The notes beneath the pieces were generated by a model that saw only the letters and a list, made by a program, of their open reading frames with translations, ran no database searches and was not told where the DNA came from. The translations under genes were made by a program, and so were the position numbers. This document shows positions 1 through 13,389 of a stretch of DNA of 64,000 nt, in pieces (position 1 is the stretch's first letter; every line of letters begins with the position of its first letter). Source of the stretch: Hemiscyllium ocellatum (lineage: Eukaryota); contig NW_026867526.1 of the NCBI RefSeq assembly GCF_020745735.1, positions 1,218,416-1,282,415 of the forward strand, given 5' to 3'.

Positions 1-899
1 CACTGCAAACCCAAGCACCCATTGACACAGCTTCTCGAGATGAGTTATGGTGTGGTTCTGCACTATTCGGTTCTGATCTGTGATCGCAACCAATGCTTCT
101 CTGTCAAGCCGATGTGGTTTATGGATAAAAATAATGTCTGCTAGAAGGCAACTACAAAGCTCTCTTGCGATAATGTGACACAGACTCAAGTGAAATGTGG
201 AGTATCTCCTTTTGGGGCTTCTTGCATCCTTTCAAGTGGCAGCTGAATTTGATAATCAGGTATCAGTTACTATCGAATTGGATGAAATCTTGTTAATGGT
301 TCATTTATTTACATTTCCCTATCTCTGAGGTTTGCTCCATTTCGTTATTAAAGAGCCAATGTGTGTGAGATCTCTTCAGTGCTGTCCATAGGATAGCCGT
401 ACTCCTGCCACTGTGCAACTGCATATTGATAGCTGCCTTTAAAAACAATCTGAATCTATGGTCACATACTGGTGTAGGAACTGAGCGGGGCCCAGAACAG
501 AATGAGCAACTCTTCAACTGCTGCTAACCAATGTCATTATCACAAGGGTGCTTTTGGTGCCATCTTCACTATTCAGAATAACAATTAGTTTTCCTGCTGG
601 TGCAGCATTTCTCTCTATTACTTTACATAATAGTGTGCTGTGTGCATGTGCATGTGGTTTGTTTCTATTTATTTCTGTTCCTCAATGACTTTGAAATTGT
701 TGCTGTATAGGATCAAAGGTAAAGTAATGTCTCCACAAGGACATTGTTGCTGGTTTCCCTCTGAGACCAGTGCAGAACTTTACCAGTTCATTGTCGGCCT
801 GATACATTATAGTGAAGTTTCACCTCTGCCAGCTGGGACAGCATGGACATTTGAGTATTGATGGAAATAAAGGTTTTTTTTATTTCGGTCTTTAGTATT

Positions 900-1330
900 G
901 TACTTATCAGGACACTCTCAAGAATACCAATGGGAAGGGAGAAAGCATTTAATCTGTCTGGGTAATGAGTGCTGATTGGTAAAGGCATGGAGAATGGACC
1001 AGGTGATGATTGGCAGTTAACAGCCAATGCTTGTTGTGATTCGACTAAATTGGTGATGGCCATTCTCGGACTCATTTGGCAGGGCAATACCTTGACCACA
1101 AAGGCAACCTACCAATTGAAAACTTAACAATGTTTAGCTGTTAACTGTCTGTCACCATCTGACCAGTCCATTTCCATTGGGGACATCTCGGTCAATCATT
1201 GTGCATTTTCCAAAGCATCAGAACTCTTTTCTTGTTCAGTGTAAAATGTTGTTTCCCTTCATATCAAAATCCTTGCAGCTATCCTGATGTATGCAAGACA
1301 AAAAAAAGAGCATGTCCTATTTTATAGCAA
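900..1330. mobile_element. Old inverted pair of Penelope-type termini (different family)
   Basis: Left and right arms are loosely complementary; remnant CCTGATG...GCAAGAC resembling a decayed hammerhead at ~1283. Confidence 0.4.
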
Positions 1331-1789
1331 TATCCAATTTCTATATTTGCAAACAACCGTTTGAATATGGGAACCTTTTGTTAATGGAGTATCCAACATC
1401 CAGCTGATGTCATTAAAATGGAATCTAGTTTTCGAATTTGAAATGATTTAACCCCCTGACAAGCCCACTTTGTACATGCAGATCCTTTTTGAATATTGTA
1501 TCAGTCTGGCTGTTGAAAGACAGCTTTGGAAAGTTGTTTATTTCTGTCAACTTCTATTTAATGAATTGCTGAAACGGTGGATAATGCATTCTATTGCATT
1601 TTCAAAACTGAGATATCGTGTGAAATCAGGAGATGTGCACAGTGCAAATAAAAATCCCATTTAATGCTGGCCTGGACAAGACTGGTAAACTTAAACTTGT
1701 GCTTAAAGAGAAAGGACTGAGATCTTAACTGGCTCATTATCATGTAATGTATTGAGATTAAACTTACGTCTATCTCTAAATTCTTCAAG

Positions 1790-2813
1790 GCCTTGATCCT
1801 GGCTGTCTCTTGTACCCCTTATATACACACTCTGTTCTTTGGTTCTCTGATTGCTTTTGTCCATGAGTCTGGTCAAGTCCCCTGAATTCGCTGTACTTTA
1901 CTGATAAACTTCCTTACATGCCCTCCGGTACTCATTCTCACTTTGAAAGCTTGCTTAAAAGCCAGTTTCATGTCATTGGTCCTAACTCTTCTGATACATG
2001 CCAACAACCTTCTCCTGCTTGGCATTCGGTGCATCCTTTTCCAGTTTGGAAGGTCAAACTCGAATGCTGAATATAGGGTTAAAGGCAGGATTCTTGGCAG
2101 TGTAGAGGAACAGAGGGATCTGGGTGTGCAAGTACATAGATCCCTCAAAGTTGCCACCCAAGTGGATAGGGTTGTTAAGAAAGCAGATGGTGTTTAGGCT
2201 TTCATTTACAAGGGAATCGAGTTTGAGAGCAGCAAGGTTTTGCTACAGCTCTACAAGTCCCTGTTGAGACCACACCTGGAATATTGTGTCCAGTTCTGGT
2301 CGCCCTGCTATAAGAAATAGATAGAGGCTTTGGAGAGGGTGCAAAGAAGGTTTACCAGGATGCTGCCTGGACTGGAGGGCTTGCCTTATGAAGAAAGGTT
2401 GAATAAGCTCAGACTTTTCTCTCTGGAGAGAAGGAGGAAGAGAGGAGACCTGATCGAGGTATACAAAATAATGAGAGGAATAGATAAAATCAAAAGCTAG
2501 AGAATTTTCCCCAGGACAGGATTGACTGGTACGAGGGGGTCATAGTTTTAAGATATTAGGAGAAAGGTATAGAGGAGACGTTAGAGGTAGGTTCTTTATG
2601 CAGAGTGTTGTGAATGCATGGAATGCTTTCCCAGCAGTGGTGGTGGAAGCAGAGTCATTAGGGACATTTAAGTGACTGCTGGACATGCAAATGTTTAGCA
2701 GTGAGTTGAGAGGTGTGTGGGTTGTTATTATATTTTACATTAGGATTAGACCTCGGCACACTGTCGTGGGCCAAAGGGCCTGTTCTGTGCTGTATTTTTC
2801 TATGTTCTATGTT
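1790..2813 (+). mobile_element. CR1 LINE 3' fragment
   Basis: GSVEEQRDLGVQVHRSLKVATQVDRVVKKA and a TTCTATGTTCTATGTT tail. Confidence 0.85.
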
Positions 2814-3861
2814 AAAGCATCTCATAAATGTGAGTATTAATATCCACTTTGGCAGATTTAATTGATTCTCATTGGAATGTATCTGCCAAACCTTTAGCAA
2901 AACCGAATCAGCAAACAGCTTCAGACTGTGCACACGTCCAACACAAAACATTGCTGCTCCTCATTCACTTTTCAAATGCACTGCTCCATTCCAAATAGCG
3001 GACCACCCGTTCCCATTCATAGACATTGGTTTCTGATGGATGGAAGTGGTTGTTTCTGTACTTCTGCCATTTTTATTGAACTCATCTCAAGTTACACTTT
3101 AGAATTTGACGGTCAGGCCAAGACTGTTTGTTTTAAGCTTTATCAATTTTGACCAGGTTGCCAGCTCTTCATGTTCTTGAATATTGGAATGGGACTGGGT
3201 TCTATCAGCCCTCTAGGGACAGGCTGCAAGGTCATTAGGTGGATAATAGGGTGGAAGATGATAAGGGAAGGAAGGAGTTTCCACCTCCGTAGTATTTTAT
3301 TGATCCCAAATTCGGGAAAGGATGACCACTCAGGTGGCCAATGCAGAGTCTGTTTCTGCCAATGCTGGCAGTTTATTAGCAGTAAGGTCTTCCATTGTGT
3401 GGGAGACCTCCCCCTGCATCCTAGTGACACCCCTGGAGGATGTCCCTCCTAATGTAGTACCTTATGGTCACAACAGGGTATCCCATCTGCACACTGGAAC
3501 AGTCCCCTGTCCATGGTGGTGATCATTACGGGAACTGGAAATCAGAGTAAGTGAGTGAAAGAAGCCGTGAGTGCTAGAATGTTCACAACATTCCCAGGAT
3601 CAGGTTGGCAGCTCCTACTGAGGCCATTAATAAGTCATTGAGATCCCCCAATTGGTGCATGGACGATGGGTTACTCCTACTCCTAGTAAGAGTACTGTGA
3701 TTACTGCTTTTTCAGTGCTATCAAGCAAATAGTGAAGTGTGGCCATGTGATAAAATCATTTACATTCAGTGCTGGATACTTGAGACTTTTTTGTGAGAAA
3801 CTTTATAATTCTTCTAAATGTTCTTCATGCACTTTTTGTTTCATACAATGGTGATTTTCTA

Positions 3862-4720
3862 CATAGGATTACAGAGGGAAAACAGACCATTTGGCACAAT
3901 CAGTTTATGCCAGTGCTTATGTTCTACTCAAGGTGTTTCACATCTTTCCTCATCTAAATCACCCGTTGTAATTCTCTATTCCCATCCCTTCCAAGTGCTC
4001 CCCTAGTTTCGTTGAAATACATCTAAACTATTGATTTCAACTATTCCGTCTGGTCACATATTCCCCATTCTCATCATTCTTTCAGTGAAGAGGTTTCTTC
4101 TGAATTCCCTTTTGGACTTCTTGAGGTATCGTCTTATATTGACAGCCTCGAGTTATATTCTATCCCACAGTGAAATGTTTTCTCTGGACCTTCTCTTTTC
4201 AAAACCTTTCTTAATTTTAGAACTGTCATCCTTCTTTTCAAGAGAGAAGTGAACAGCACAACAATTCTTCGTTGACATGCACAGCCAGAAACTTGTGTAG
4301 CATTCTCGTAAATCATCTCTTCACTATCTCTCATACATTCTATAATATGTCAACTTGAACTGCAGGCAATACTCTGAATTATAGTCAACCAAATTTGAAA
4401 CCCTACTTTCAAATCTATCCCTTTAGAGATAAAACTTAGAGCTTTGTTTGCATTTTTATGGCCTTTGGAACCTGTGGTGAAATTGTTAGTGACTGATGTA
4501 ATTGTCTGAAATCCCTTTGTTTGTCTCCCTCACTTAGACGTGCATCTTTGTCTAAGTGACCTGCACATTATTCCTACCAAGATGTAACATCTTACGTTTA
4601 TCTGTGTGGATCTTCATTTGCTAATTATTTGAATGTACGGTAAATTAATTAATGATCTCTTGCAACTTCTTGTAGTCCTCAGAATTGGCTACATTTCAAC
4701 ATTCCTTTCCAATTTGGTGT
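3862..4720 (-). mobile_element. Decayed CR1 3' fragment
   Basis: Reverse-complement CR1 tail and RT C-terminal remnants. Confidence 0.6.
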
Positions 4721-5149
4721 CATTGAATTGCTAACTTTTTTGTCGTAATTAGACGCAACATTTAATTTGCAGTTTTACTTTATTTTGTTTTGAATATTTA
4801 GAGAGGTGCAGTAATCCACACATTAACTATAACAACTAAATGTAGAATGACAGATAGATGAAAATTATTACAAACACAGGACTAATTAATAGACTCTATT
4901 AACTTCACGGTCAAAACAGGGAATTATTTTTTACACGAATGATATGGTGAGATGATCCGTAGTGCAATAACTTCTTGTCCATTTTTTTGTTGCAGTTTAT
5001 TTCCCCAGGTCTTTCTGTGCTACTGATATGAAATTGAAAAGGCACCCATCCTCCATTTTAAACTAAATGATAATAAAAAAACCAATATTTATATTAAATG
5101 CAACATGATTTATGAAGCCAATCCTCTAGGCTTATACATATTCACGGCC

Positions 5150-5593
5150 ATGTAGAGTTATATAGGGAGAGGCTGAATAGGCTGGGGCTGATTTCTCTGG
5201 AGCGTTGGAGGCTGAGGCATGACTTTATAAAGGTTTATAAAATCATCAGAGGCATGGATACGGTAAATAGACAAGGTCTTTTCCCTGAGATGGGTGGAGT
5301 CTCATCTAAACCGTGAGTATAGGTTTAGAGTGAGAGGGGAAAAAGTTGAAAGTACCTAAAGAGTAACTTTTTCATGCTGAGAATGGTGTATATGGAATGA
5401 ACTGCCAGAGGAAGCGGTGGAGGCTGGTGCATTTTCAACGTTTAAAAGGCATCTGAGTGTGTATAAGAATAGGAAAGGTTTAGAGGGATATGGACCAAGT
5501 ACTGCCAAATGGGACTAGATTAGATTAGGATAACATGGGCAAGTGTGATTGAAAGATCTGTTTCCAAGTCGTACATCTCTATGACTCTATGAT
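5150..5593 (+). mobile_element. CR1 3' end
   Basis: GGAGAGGCTGAATAGGCTGGGG...CTCTATGACTCTATGA tail. Confidence 0.75.
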
Positions 5594-5599
5594 CTACCC

Positions 5600-6450
5600 C
5601 TTTGCTCTTAATGTACTAGTCGAATCTCTTTGGATTATCTTTAACATTATCTCCCAAGGCTATCTCATTTTCCTTTCTTGCCCTCCTCATTCCCCTCTTT
5701 AGAATGTCCCTGCACCTCTTGTACTCTTCGAGATTCACTTGATCTCATTTATCTATATCTAATATATGATTCATTCTTAATCTGAACCAGAGCCTCAATA
5801 TCTTTATTCCTCCAGTGTTCCCTCCTCTTACCAGCCTTACCTTCACACTAACTGGGACATCACGCCTCCGAACTCTCGTTATCTCACTTCTGAAAGCTTC
5901 ATTCTTGCCGGCCGTCCCTTGAGCTGCAAACAGTCTACTCCAATCAACTCTTGAAAGATTTTGTCTCATACTATCAAAATTTGCCCTAGTTCAATTAAGA
6001 ACTTTAACTTATATATAATGCCAATCCTTTCCATAGATATTTTAAACTAATCGAATTATGACCCTGGCCCCAAAAAGCTCCCCTACTAACCATTCAGTCA
6101 CTTGCCCTGCCTTATATCACAAGAGTAGGTCAGGTTTGCTCCTTCTGTGATAGTTACATCTGTATATTAATGAAGAAAATTGACTTTAGCACTTACCAAA
6201 TTCCTCACCATCCAAGCTCTTAAGACCATGGCTGTCCCACTTTATGTTTGGAAGGTTAAAATTTGCGATTATTACAATCCTATTATTCTTACGTATAAAT
6301 AAGATCTCTCCACATATTTTTTACTCAATTTCACTCTGACTACTGGGGGGACTATTACAATTGCATCAAAGTAATCATGCCCTTCTTATTAATGAGTTCC
6401 ATCCACATAGCTTCACTGGACCATCCCTCAGAAATACCTTGTGGTAGAAC
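5600..6450 (-). mobile_element. Decayed CR1 endonuclease/linker fragment
   Basis: MRQNLSRVDWSRLF... linker region resembling CR1 ORF2. Confidence 0.6.
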
Positions 6451-8305
6451 AGCAGTAGTTTCACCACAAGAAAAATTGACTCCAATCTCCTTCTAGCTCT
6501 TCCTACTTCTGCCGTACCTTTGATGGTGGGAGGGGCTTTGAACATAAATGATTCAATTTACTGGTGATGGTTAGTAGCTGAAAATAAAGATACTCTGGGG
6601 GACTTGGGTGATGGGAAATAAAAGGTTACATTGTGTGGAAGGAAAATTCTGGATATAAACAAGAATTTTAAAAAACGAACTCCACTCTGTCTGCGCAGGT
6701 CTTCCCTACACCGCTGTACCTCCAGAGTACTTTCCTTTTATTTTGATGAGTTCAAGTTAATCCCACCCACTGTTTTGTACTTGTCAACCATTTGTTAACG
6801 GGTGTTTGCTGTTTCAGAATGTAGGTTGCCTTATTGTGTACGTTCTCAGAGTTCAGTGTTTGGGTCCTTGTTGTTCCAACCTGTGCTTTGGTCTCTAATG
6901 CAAAATTACAGCAAAATATTAACAGCAATTTAAGGTAAAATGTTAGGATATTGGAAGAACAGCATAGAGCATCAAGTTTGACAGAGGGGTTGTGGGAAAG
7001 GACGTGGAAAGCAGCAGGGTTTCCAGAACTTCTGATCTCTGCCTTCCCTGATCGAAATCAACCTGTGATTGATCATTTTTGAGGATTGTTATTCATTAAT
7101 ATCAGTGTGTCAGATAGATCTCCGTCTCAGGGAGGGGTGACGTGCTCCTTTGTTTTGTGATGAATTCAGAGAACATACAACAGTAAGGGGGTAAACCCAA
7201 AGGGGTGAAGGAGCAGAGGATCCTCCGTGTGTATGCGCACAAATCAGGGAATGGACCATGACACGTGGACAGAAGAGCAAATAAACCCTACTTCATCAAT
7301 AACACTGCAGAGAACAAACACAAAGCTATTATGTTACACTGAAATCAAACAGTCTCTTGTCTCACCTGGAATATTGCATCTAGTTTCAGGTGCCACATTT
7401 TTGACAAAATGCGAAGTTATGAGATTGGGTGTGTGACTGATTCACAACACCATTCCCGGGATGATACACCTCACCAACTCTGAGAAATTGAGAATGTTCT
7501 CCTCTGCTGATAGTTCCCAGACTCTGTGAACAGTTGCTATGATTGGTTCTCAATTCCGTCTTGCGTCATATAGATCCCAATGGCTGAATATTTCAGGGAC
7601 TCATGAGCTCTGACTTGCCTGATCAACATCGACCTCTGATTTATTATTTTTGAGGGTTGCTGTTCAGTAATATCCCTGTATCAGATAGATCCCAGTCTCA
7701 TTCCCTGGGATTTGACAGGTGTGGTGTGTCAAATAGATCCCAGGAATTCTGCTCCATGAGATTTATGTGTGAGAAAATCTCCAGTTCTGAGAATCCGCCC
7801 TTGGATTGTGCACATGTTGCTGTCTGACTACCTGACTGAGCGTTGACATTTTTGGCTGATGAATGTTTCGTTGGGCGTTTTAGGTGGTGAGTTATGCATT
7901 ACTAACCCAGGCTGTCCGGACATTGGGAGTACATGTAGTTTAGACGGTGTAGAGTAAACTTTCAAACTCCTTTGCCTGCCTTTTATAGGCTTCTGGTGGA
8001 GCAAATCTCCTAATTTGTATCATTACGTGACCCGAGGCCGTGACCCTTGGTGCATAAGAGGAAATGTTCTCTAATCATTCTGCCTCTGGAGTGTTCCATC
8101 AGGCATATCGTGTGAAAGATGTATTTACATTAGTGGGCGGCATGGCAGCGCAACATTAAACTAAATGACTGGATGAAACACAACCAAACAGAACAAGTGA
8201 AAGTATTGGCTGGGAAAGGAGTAGGATGTGGAAAAATGTATGATTACTGACTGGCCTTGAAGAAAGAATGAAGCAAACTCAAGGTTAGTGCATATTCATT
8301 CGAGA

Positions 8306-8311
8306 TTTATT
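8306..8311 (-). terminator. Candidate membrane-form poly(A) signal AATAAA
   Basis: First AATAAA I found after the TM2 stop (~430 nt downstream), followed by T-rich sequence. Confidence 0.55.
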
Positions 8312-8740
8312 AACCATTTCAGAAAGCATTTTTATCCAAAAAGTTGATGTAAAAGCTAACAGAAGTGAATATAATGGCTGGTTGCCACATTGAGACGAGA
8401 ACACATGCGCTGTGAGGTGGGAATTTTCTGTACATCAGTAACAGTCACAAGAAAGGGAATACAAAGGCTCATCAGAAAGGGTAGGCAACCATTCTGAGTA
8501 AGGAACAAATAAAAACAAAACAAATGGGCTTCAAACAACAGGGAAGCTACAAATTCTTCCAACCACAACCATCTCAAAGATATCAAAGTAAAAACAAAAA
8601 TCCATCAATAATTGTCTCAGTTACACACTGATAAACTGAAGTGATCTCACTGTTAGAGTCAGCAACAGGACAGATTGTAGATTGGGAATTCAGAGACCTT
8701 GATAAGCAGATCAGGAAAATCAAAGGGGTCCACAATTCAT

Positions 8741-8749
8741 TCACTTAAC
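8741..8749 (-). CDS. IGHM: IgM TM2 exon coding part (VK*), giving cytoplasmic KVK
   Basis: Polypyrimidine acceptor TTCTTTTCCAG|GTT AAG TGA, 139 nt after the TM1 donor. Confidence 0.92.
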   Translation of the reverse strand, partial: VK

Positions 8750-8888
8750 CTGGAAAAGAAAGATAAAGCAATGACGCAGATATTTATGATCAGGGACTTT
8801 CAGATTTAATGTTTATTCAATGGCACACTTAGAGATTTCACAAAACATATTGGGCTGCTTGGCGTGAGAAAGATGTGATTATTCTCAC

Positions 8889-9016
8889 CTTCACCAGAGT
8901 GACGGCAGCGCTGTAGAAAATACTCAGGAAGAACAAGGTGATGAACGTGGAAGCAGTTGTCCAGATGTTGCTGTTATCATCCTCATAGTCTTCAATCCAA
9001 GTGCGATTTATTGAAT
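8889..9016 (-). CDS. IGHM: IgM transmembrane exon TM1
   Basis: Acceptor TTCATAG|AT; DSINRTWIEDYEDDNSNIWTTASTFITLFFLSIFYSAAVTLVK with the antigen-receptor TM (CART) pattern; phase-0 donor AAG|GTGAGA. Confidence 0.95.
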
Positions 9017-9479
9017 CTATGAATATAAAGCCGAGAGAACGCATTTAGATCGTTTATTGATCCAGATCGATCTATGTGCATCCAAGTCATGTAATTAGAG
9101 ACCATTACATCTTCATAAAGCAGTCAGGTATTTCTCAAGTGTGACTCTTATCTGTATCCATCAGTGCATTATTGACTCTCAGCAAGAAATTACAAATACG
9201 AACTGCACATGTTCTTTCTTCATTGTCCATGTCAGAACGTTTTAAATTATTTTTCTTTTAATCTATTATTTCAGGATGCTATTATTTGAGGAATACTTAT
9301 TAGAATGATTATTTTAATTATATCATTATATTTTAAATATAGGCTGTGACAGCACTTTAGTTGAAAATTGTGGCCATCACTGAATAAAAGTTCAAATGTG
9401 ATTCTCACCTTTATGTATTGGTGACCAATTGCTTGGCAAATCGTGAATATAAGTGACATCACAGTCAGGACATTGCTTC

Positions 9480-10610
9480 ACATTTTTGTTTGTAGGATCT
9501 GTATATTTAGGAATAAGTTTTTGTACATGTGTCCCTTAATTTATTTGACCTACTGCTTGGTGTGTTTGGTTTCCCTTTAATGTTTGTGTATGTGGTTATG
9601 AGAGTCTCTTACTTCACTCTTGCCCATGTTGGAGTCTGTGCATGAATAAACATATTCCTGTTCCTTTACTGCTGGTGTGCTCATGTGTTTGTGCACCGAA
9701 ATTTTGGTCTTTTCACATTGTGTAAGCATCATCATGCTAATATGCCATTTTGTTGCTGCCTATGCTTATCTTGTAATGTCTTTGTGAGTGTTCACTTTTC
9801 ATGAGTGCTATCTAAAATGTGTGCTTATGTGTCTGTTTCAGGTCCTTAATGTTTATGCTTAATAAATGTTAGCATGCAATGTTATGTTTTGATGGATGTT
9901 TATATTTATATGATGATGTTTGCTTGTGTGGCAATCTTTCCCAAACCATCTCCTGAGAAGCTTGTTTGTGTTACTGTGTGTGGATGCTTGCTGATGCTTG
10001 TGCCCATTCTCCTTATTTAATAAACGCCCCTCTATTTGTTGATCTATGCACTTGTGTGTCTGCATGTGAGACTCTGAATTTGTGTGTACGTGTGACATTG
10101 TATACATGCTGATCAATGTGGTTTAAAAATAACTAATTAAGCTGCCTCTGTCATTGTATGTTTGTGATTCTGAAAATGGGGAAATAATGATATTAATATT
10201 TATCTCTGTGCACTTACGTGCCTGTATGAGTTGACATGTGGGAGGACATTTTTCGGAATTTGTATCTGTGTGTTCATGCGTGTATGTCTGTACGCATTGT
10301 GCTGTATGAATGTATATGTATTCATGCCCATTTGTGTGTTACCGTGTGTCTATATTTCTCATGGTTATGTGTGAGTACCCCTGTTCATTTGTGCAAATAA
10401 TTTTCTTTCGGTGTATGTGAGTTTTTGTATGAGCTTAGGTGAGTGTTCAAGTACCACTTGCATGTGTGGCTCTGTGCGAGTATGCGTGTGTGACATCTTA
10501 TCTATATGCACATTTGAGTGTGCACATAAATATGTGTCTTTAGGTGAGAGCCCATATATGTGTCATTACGTGTGTATTTGCGATCATCTCTCTGTATCTG
10601 TTCTTATACC
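9480..10610. repeat. Degenerate TG-rich low-complexity tract (CA-rich on the IgM sense strand)
   Basis: Dense interrupted TGTG/TGTATG runs over ~1.1 kb. Confidence 0.75.
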
Positions 10611-10892
10611 AGACTGCAATTTTTATTATTCTAATTTATTGTTCTAATTTTAATGGATTGCCCATAATTAGATTTGACCTTGGTGTTGTAGGAAACATTT
10701 CCCATCATCGTGGAGAGATAAGCGTTTTATGAGCAACTCTTCTGTTGCAGTGATAGAATTTCTGTCTCTGAGAGAAAAGGCGTGAGTTCAAATCCCCACT
10801 GCCCCAGAGATAACATTTCTGAATATGTTTATTAGAAAATGTCTACTTGTGTTCTGTATGTGAAACAAAATGATATCAGGTATTCGAATAAC

Positions 10893-13389
10893 AGTAGAGG
10901 AAAGTATTGCGAGGATGATTCAGGAGAAGAGTGAAAGTAGCAGGGTGGTTGTTATGGGGGACTTTAACATCCCAGGGATTGACTGGGAAAGCTATAGCTC
11001 GAGTTCGTTAGATGGGTCGGTGTTTGTCCAATGTGTGCAGGAGGGTTTCCTGACACAATATGTGGACAGGCCAACAAGAGGTGAGGCCATACTGGATTTG
11101 GTTCTAGGTAATGAACCAGGCCAGGTGTTAGACTTGGACGTAGGTGAACACTTCGGGGACAGTGACCACAACTCAGTGACTTTTACGTTAGTGATGGAGA
11201 GGGATAAGTGTGCACTGCAGGGCAAGAGTTATAGCTGGGGGCAGGGAAATTATGATGCGGTGAGGCATGACTTAGGATGCGTGGATTGGAAAAATAGGCT
11301 TCAAGAGAAGAACACAAATGATATGTGGAGATTGTTCAAGGAACAGCTATTGGGTGTCCTTGATAAGTATGTACCAGTCAGGCAGGGAGTAAAGGTTCTT
11401 GTGAGGGAGCCGTGGTTTAATAAGGAATTGGAATCCCTTGTGAAAGGGAAGAGGGCGGCCTATGTAAAGATGAGGCGTGAAGGTTCAGTTGGGGCGATTG
11501 AGAGTTATAAGGTAGCCAGGAAGGATCTAAAGAGAGAGCTAAGAGCAGCGAGAAGGGGACATGAAAAGTCCTTAGTTGGTAGGATTAGGGAAAACCCAAA
11601 GGCTTTCGATAGGTATGTCATGAATAAAAGGATGACTAGGGTAGGTATCGGTCCAGTCAAGGATAGTAGTGGGAAGTTGTGCGTGGAGGCGGAGGAGATT
11701 GGAGAGACACTAAATCAATACTTTTCGTCAGTATTCACTCAGGAACAGGACACTATTGCTGATGTGAATAGTGAGTCACAAGTGATTAGAATGGATGGCC
11801 TTGAGGTATGTAGGGAAGAAGTCTGGGGAATACTGGAAAGGATGAAAATAGATAAGTCCCCTGGGCCTGATGGCATTTATCCTAGGATCCTCTGGGAAGC
11901 TAGGGAGGAGATAGCAGAGCCATTGGCCTTGATTTTTATGTCACCATTGTCTACGGGAATAGTGCCAGAAGACTGGAGGATAGCGAATGTGGTCCCCTTG
12001 TTCAAGAAGGGGAGTAGGGATAGCCCGAGTAACTATAGGCCAGTGAGTCTCACTTCTGTTGTGGGCAAAGTCTTAGAGAGAATTGTAAGGGATAGGATTT
12101 ATGAACATCTGGATAGCAATAATGTGATCAAGGATAGTCAGCATGGTTTTGTGAAGGGAAGGTCATGCCTCACAAACCTTATTGAGTTCTTTGAGAAGGT
12201 GACTAAGGAGGTGGACGAGGGTAAAGCGGTAGATGTGGTGTATATGGATTTTAGCAAGGCATTCAATAAAGTATCCCATGGTAGGCTAAAGCAAAAACTA
12301 CAGAGGTATGGCATTGAGGGTGCATTAGAGGTTTGGATTAGGAATTGGCTGGCTGGAAGGAGACAGAGGGTAGTAGTTGATGGAATAGGTTCATTTTGGA
12401 GTGCAGTTACTAGCGGTGTTCCACAAGGATCTGTTTTGGGACCATTGATATTTGTCATCTTTATAAATGATCTCGAGGAGGGGCTTGAAAGCTGGGTGAG
12501 CAAGTTTGCGGATGACACGAAATTCGGTGGAGTTGTGGACAGCGAAGAAGGATGTGGCAGGTTACAGCGGGATATAGATAAGTTGCAGAGCTGGGCAGAA
12601 AGGTGGCAAATGGAGTTCAATGTAGCTAAGTGTGAAGTAATTCACTTTGGTAGGAGTAACAAGAAGATGGATTACTGGGCTAATGGTAGGCGACTTGGTA
12701 GTGTGGATGAGCAGAGGGATCTTGGTGTCCATGTACACAGATCTCTGAAAGTTGCCACCCAGGTAAATAGAGTTGTGAAGAAGGCATATGGTGTACTGGA
12801 CTTTATTGGAAGAGGAATTGAGTTCCAGAGTCCTGAGGTCATGTTGCAGTTGTATAAGACTCTGGTGCGGCCTCATCTGGAGTATTGTGTGCAGTTTTGG
12901 TCGCCATACTATAGGAAGGATGTGGAGGCATTGGAACGAGTGCAGAGGAGGTTTACCAGGATGTTGCCTGGCATGGTAGGAAGATCATGAGGAAAGGCTG
13001 AGGCACTCGGGGCTGTTCTTATTGGAGAAAAGAAGGTTTAGGGGAGATTTATAGAGGTGTACAAGATGATTAGGGGTTTAGATAGGGTAGACACTGAGAA
13101 CCTTTTTCTGTTAATGGAGTCAGCTGTTACTAGGGGACAGTTTTAAATTAAGGGGTGGTAGGTATAGGACAGATGTGAGGGGTAGATTCTTTACTCAGCG
13201 GGTTGTGAGTTCATGGAATGCCCTGCCAGTAGCAGTGGAGAACTCTCCCTCTTTATGGTCATTTAAGAGGGCATTGGATAAGCATATGGAGGTTATTGGG
13301 CTAGTGTAGGTTAGGTAGACTTTGGTCGGCGCAACATCGAGGGCCGAAGGGCCTGTACTGCGCTGTATTTTTCTATGTTCTATGTTCTA
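10893..13389 (+). mobile_element. Young 5'-truncated CR1 (HER1-like) LINE in the Cmu4-TM1 intron, antisense to IgM
   Basis: ORF 10870-12990 encodes the C-terminal endonuclease (GDFN, SDH) and RT (QGSVLGP, FADD); 2-bp deletion near 12988 truncates the C-terminus; 3' tail (TTCTATG)n ends at ~13389. Confidence 0.95.

Noticed and set aside
4980-5080. Plus-strand acceptor-like tract followed by AATAAA (possible antisense terminal exon)
   Set aside because: No upstream exon or ORF support; such motifs are common in AT-rich DNA.
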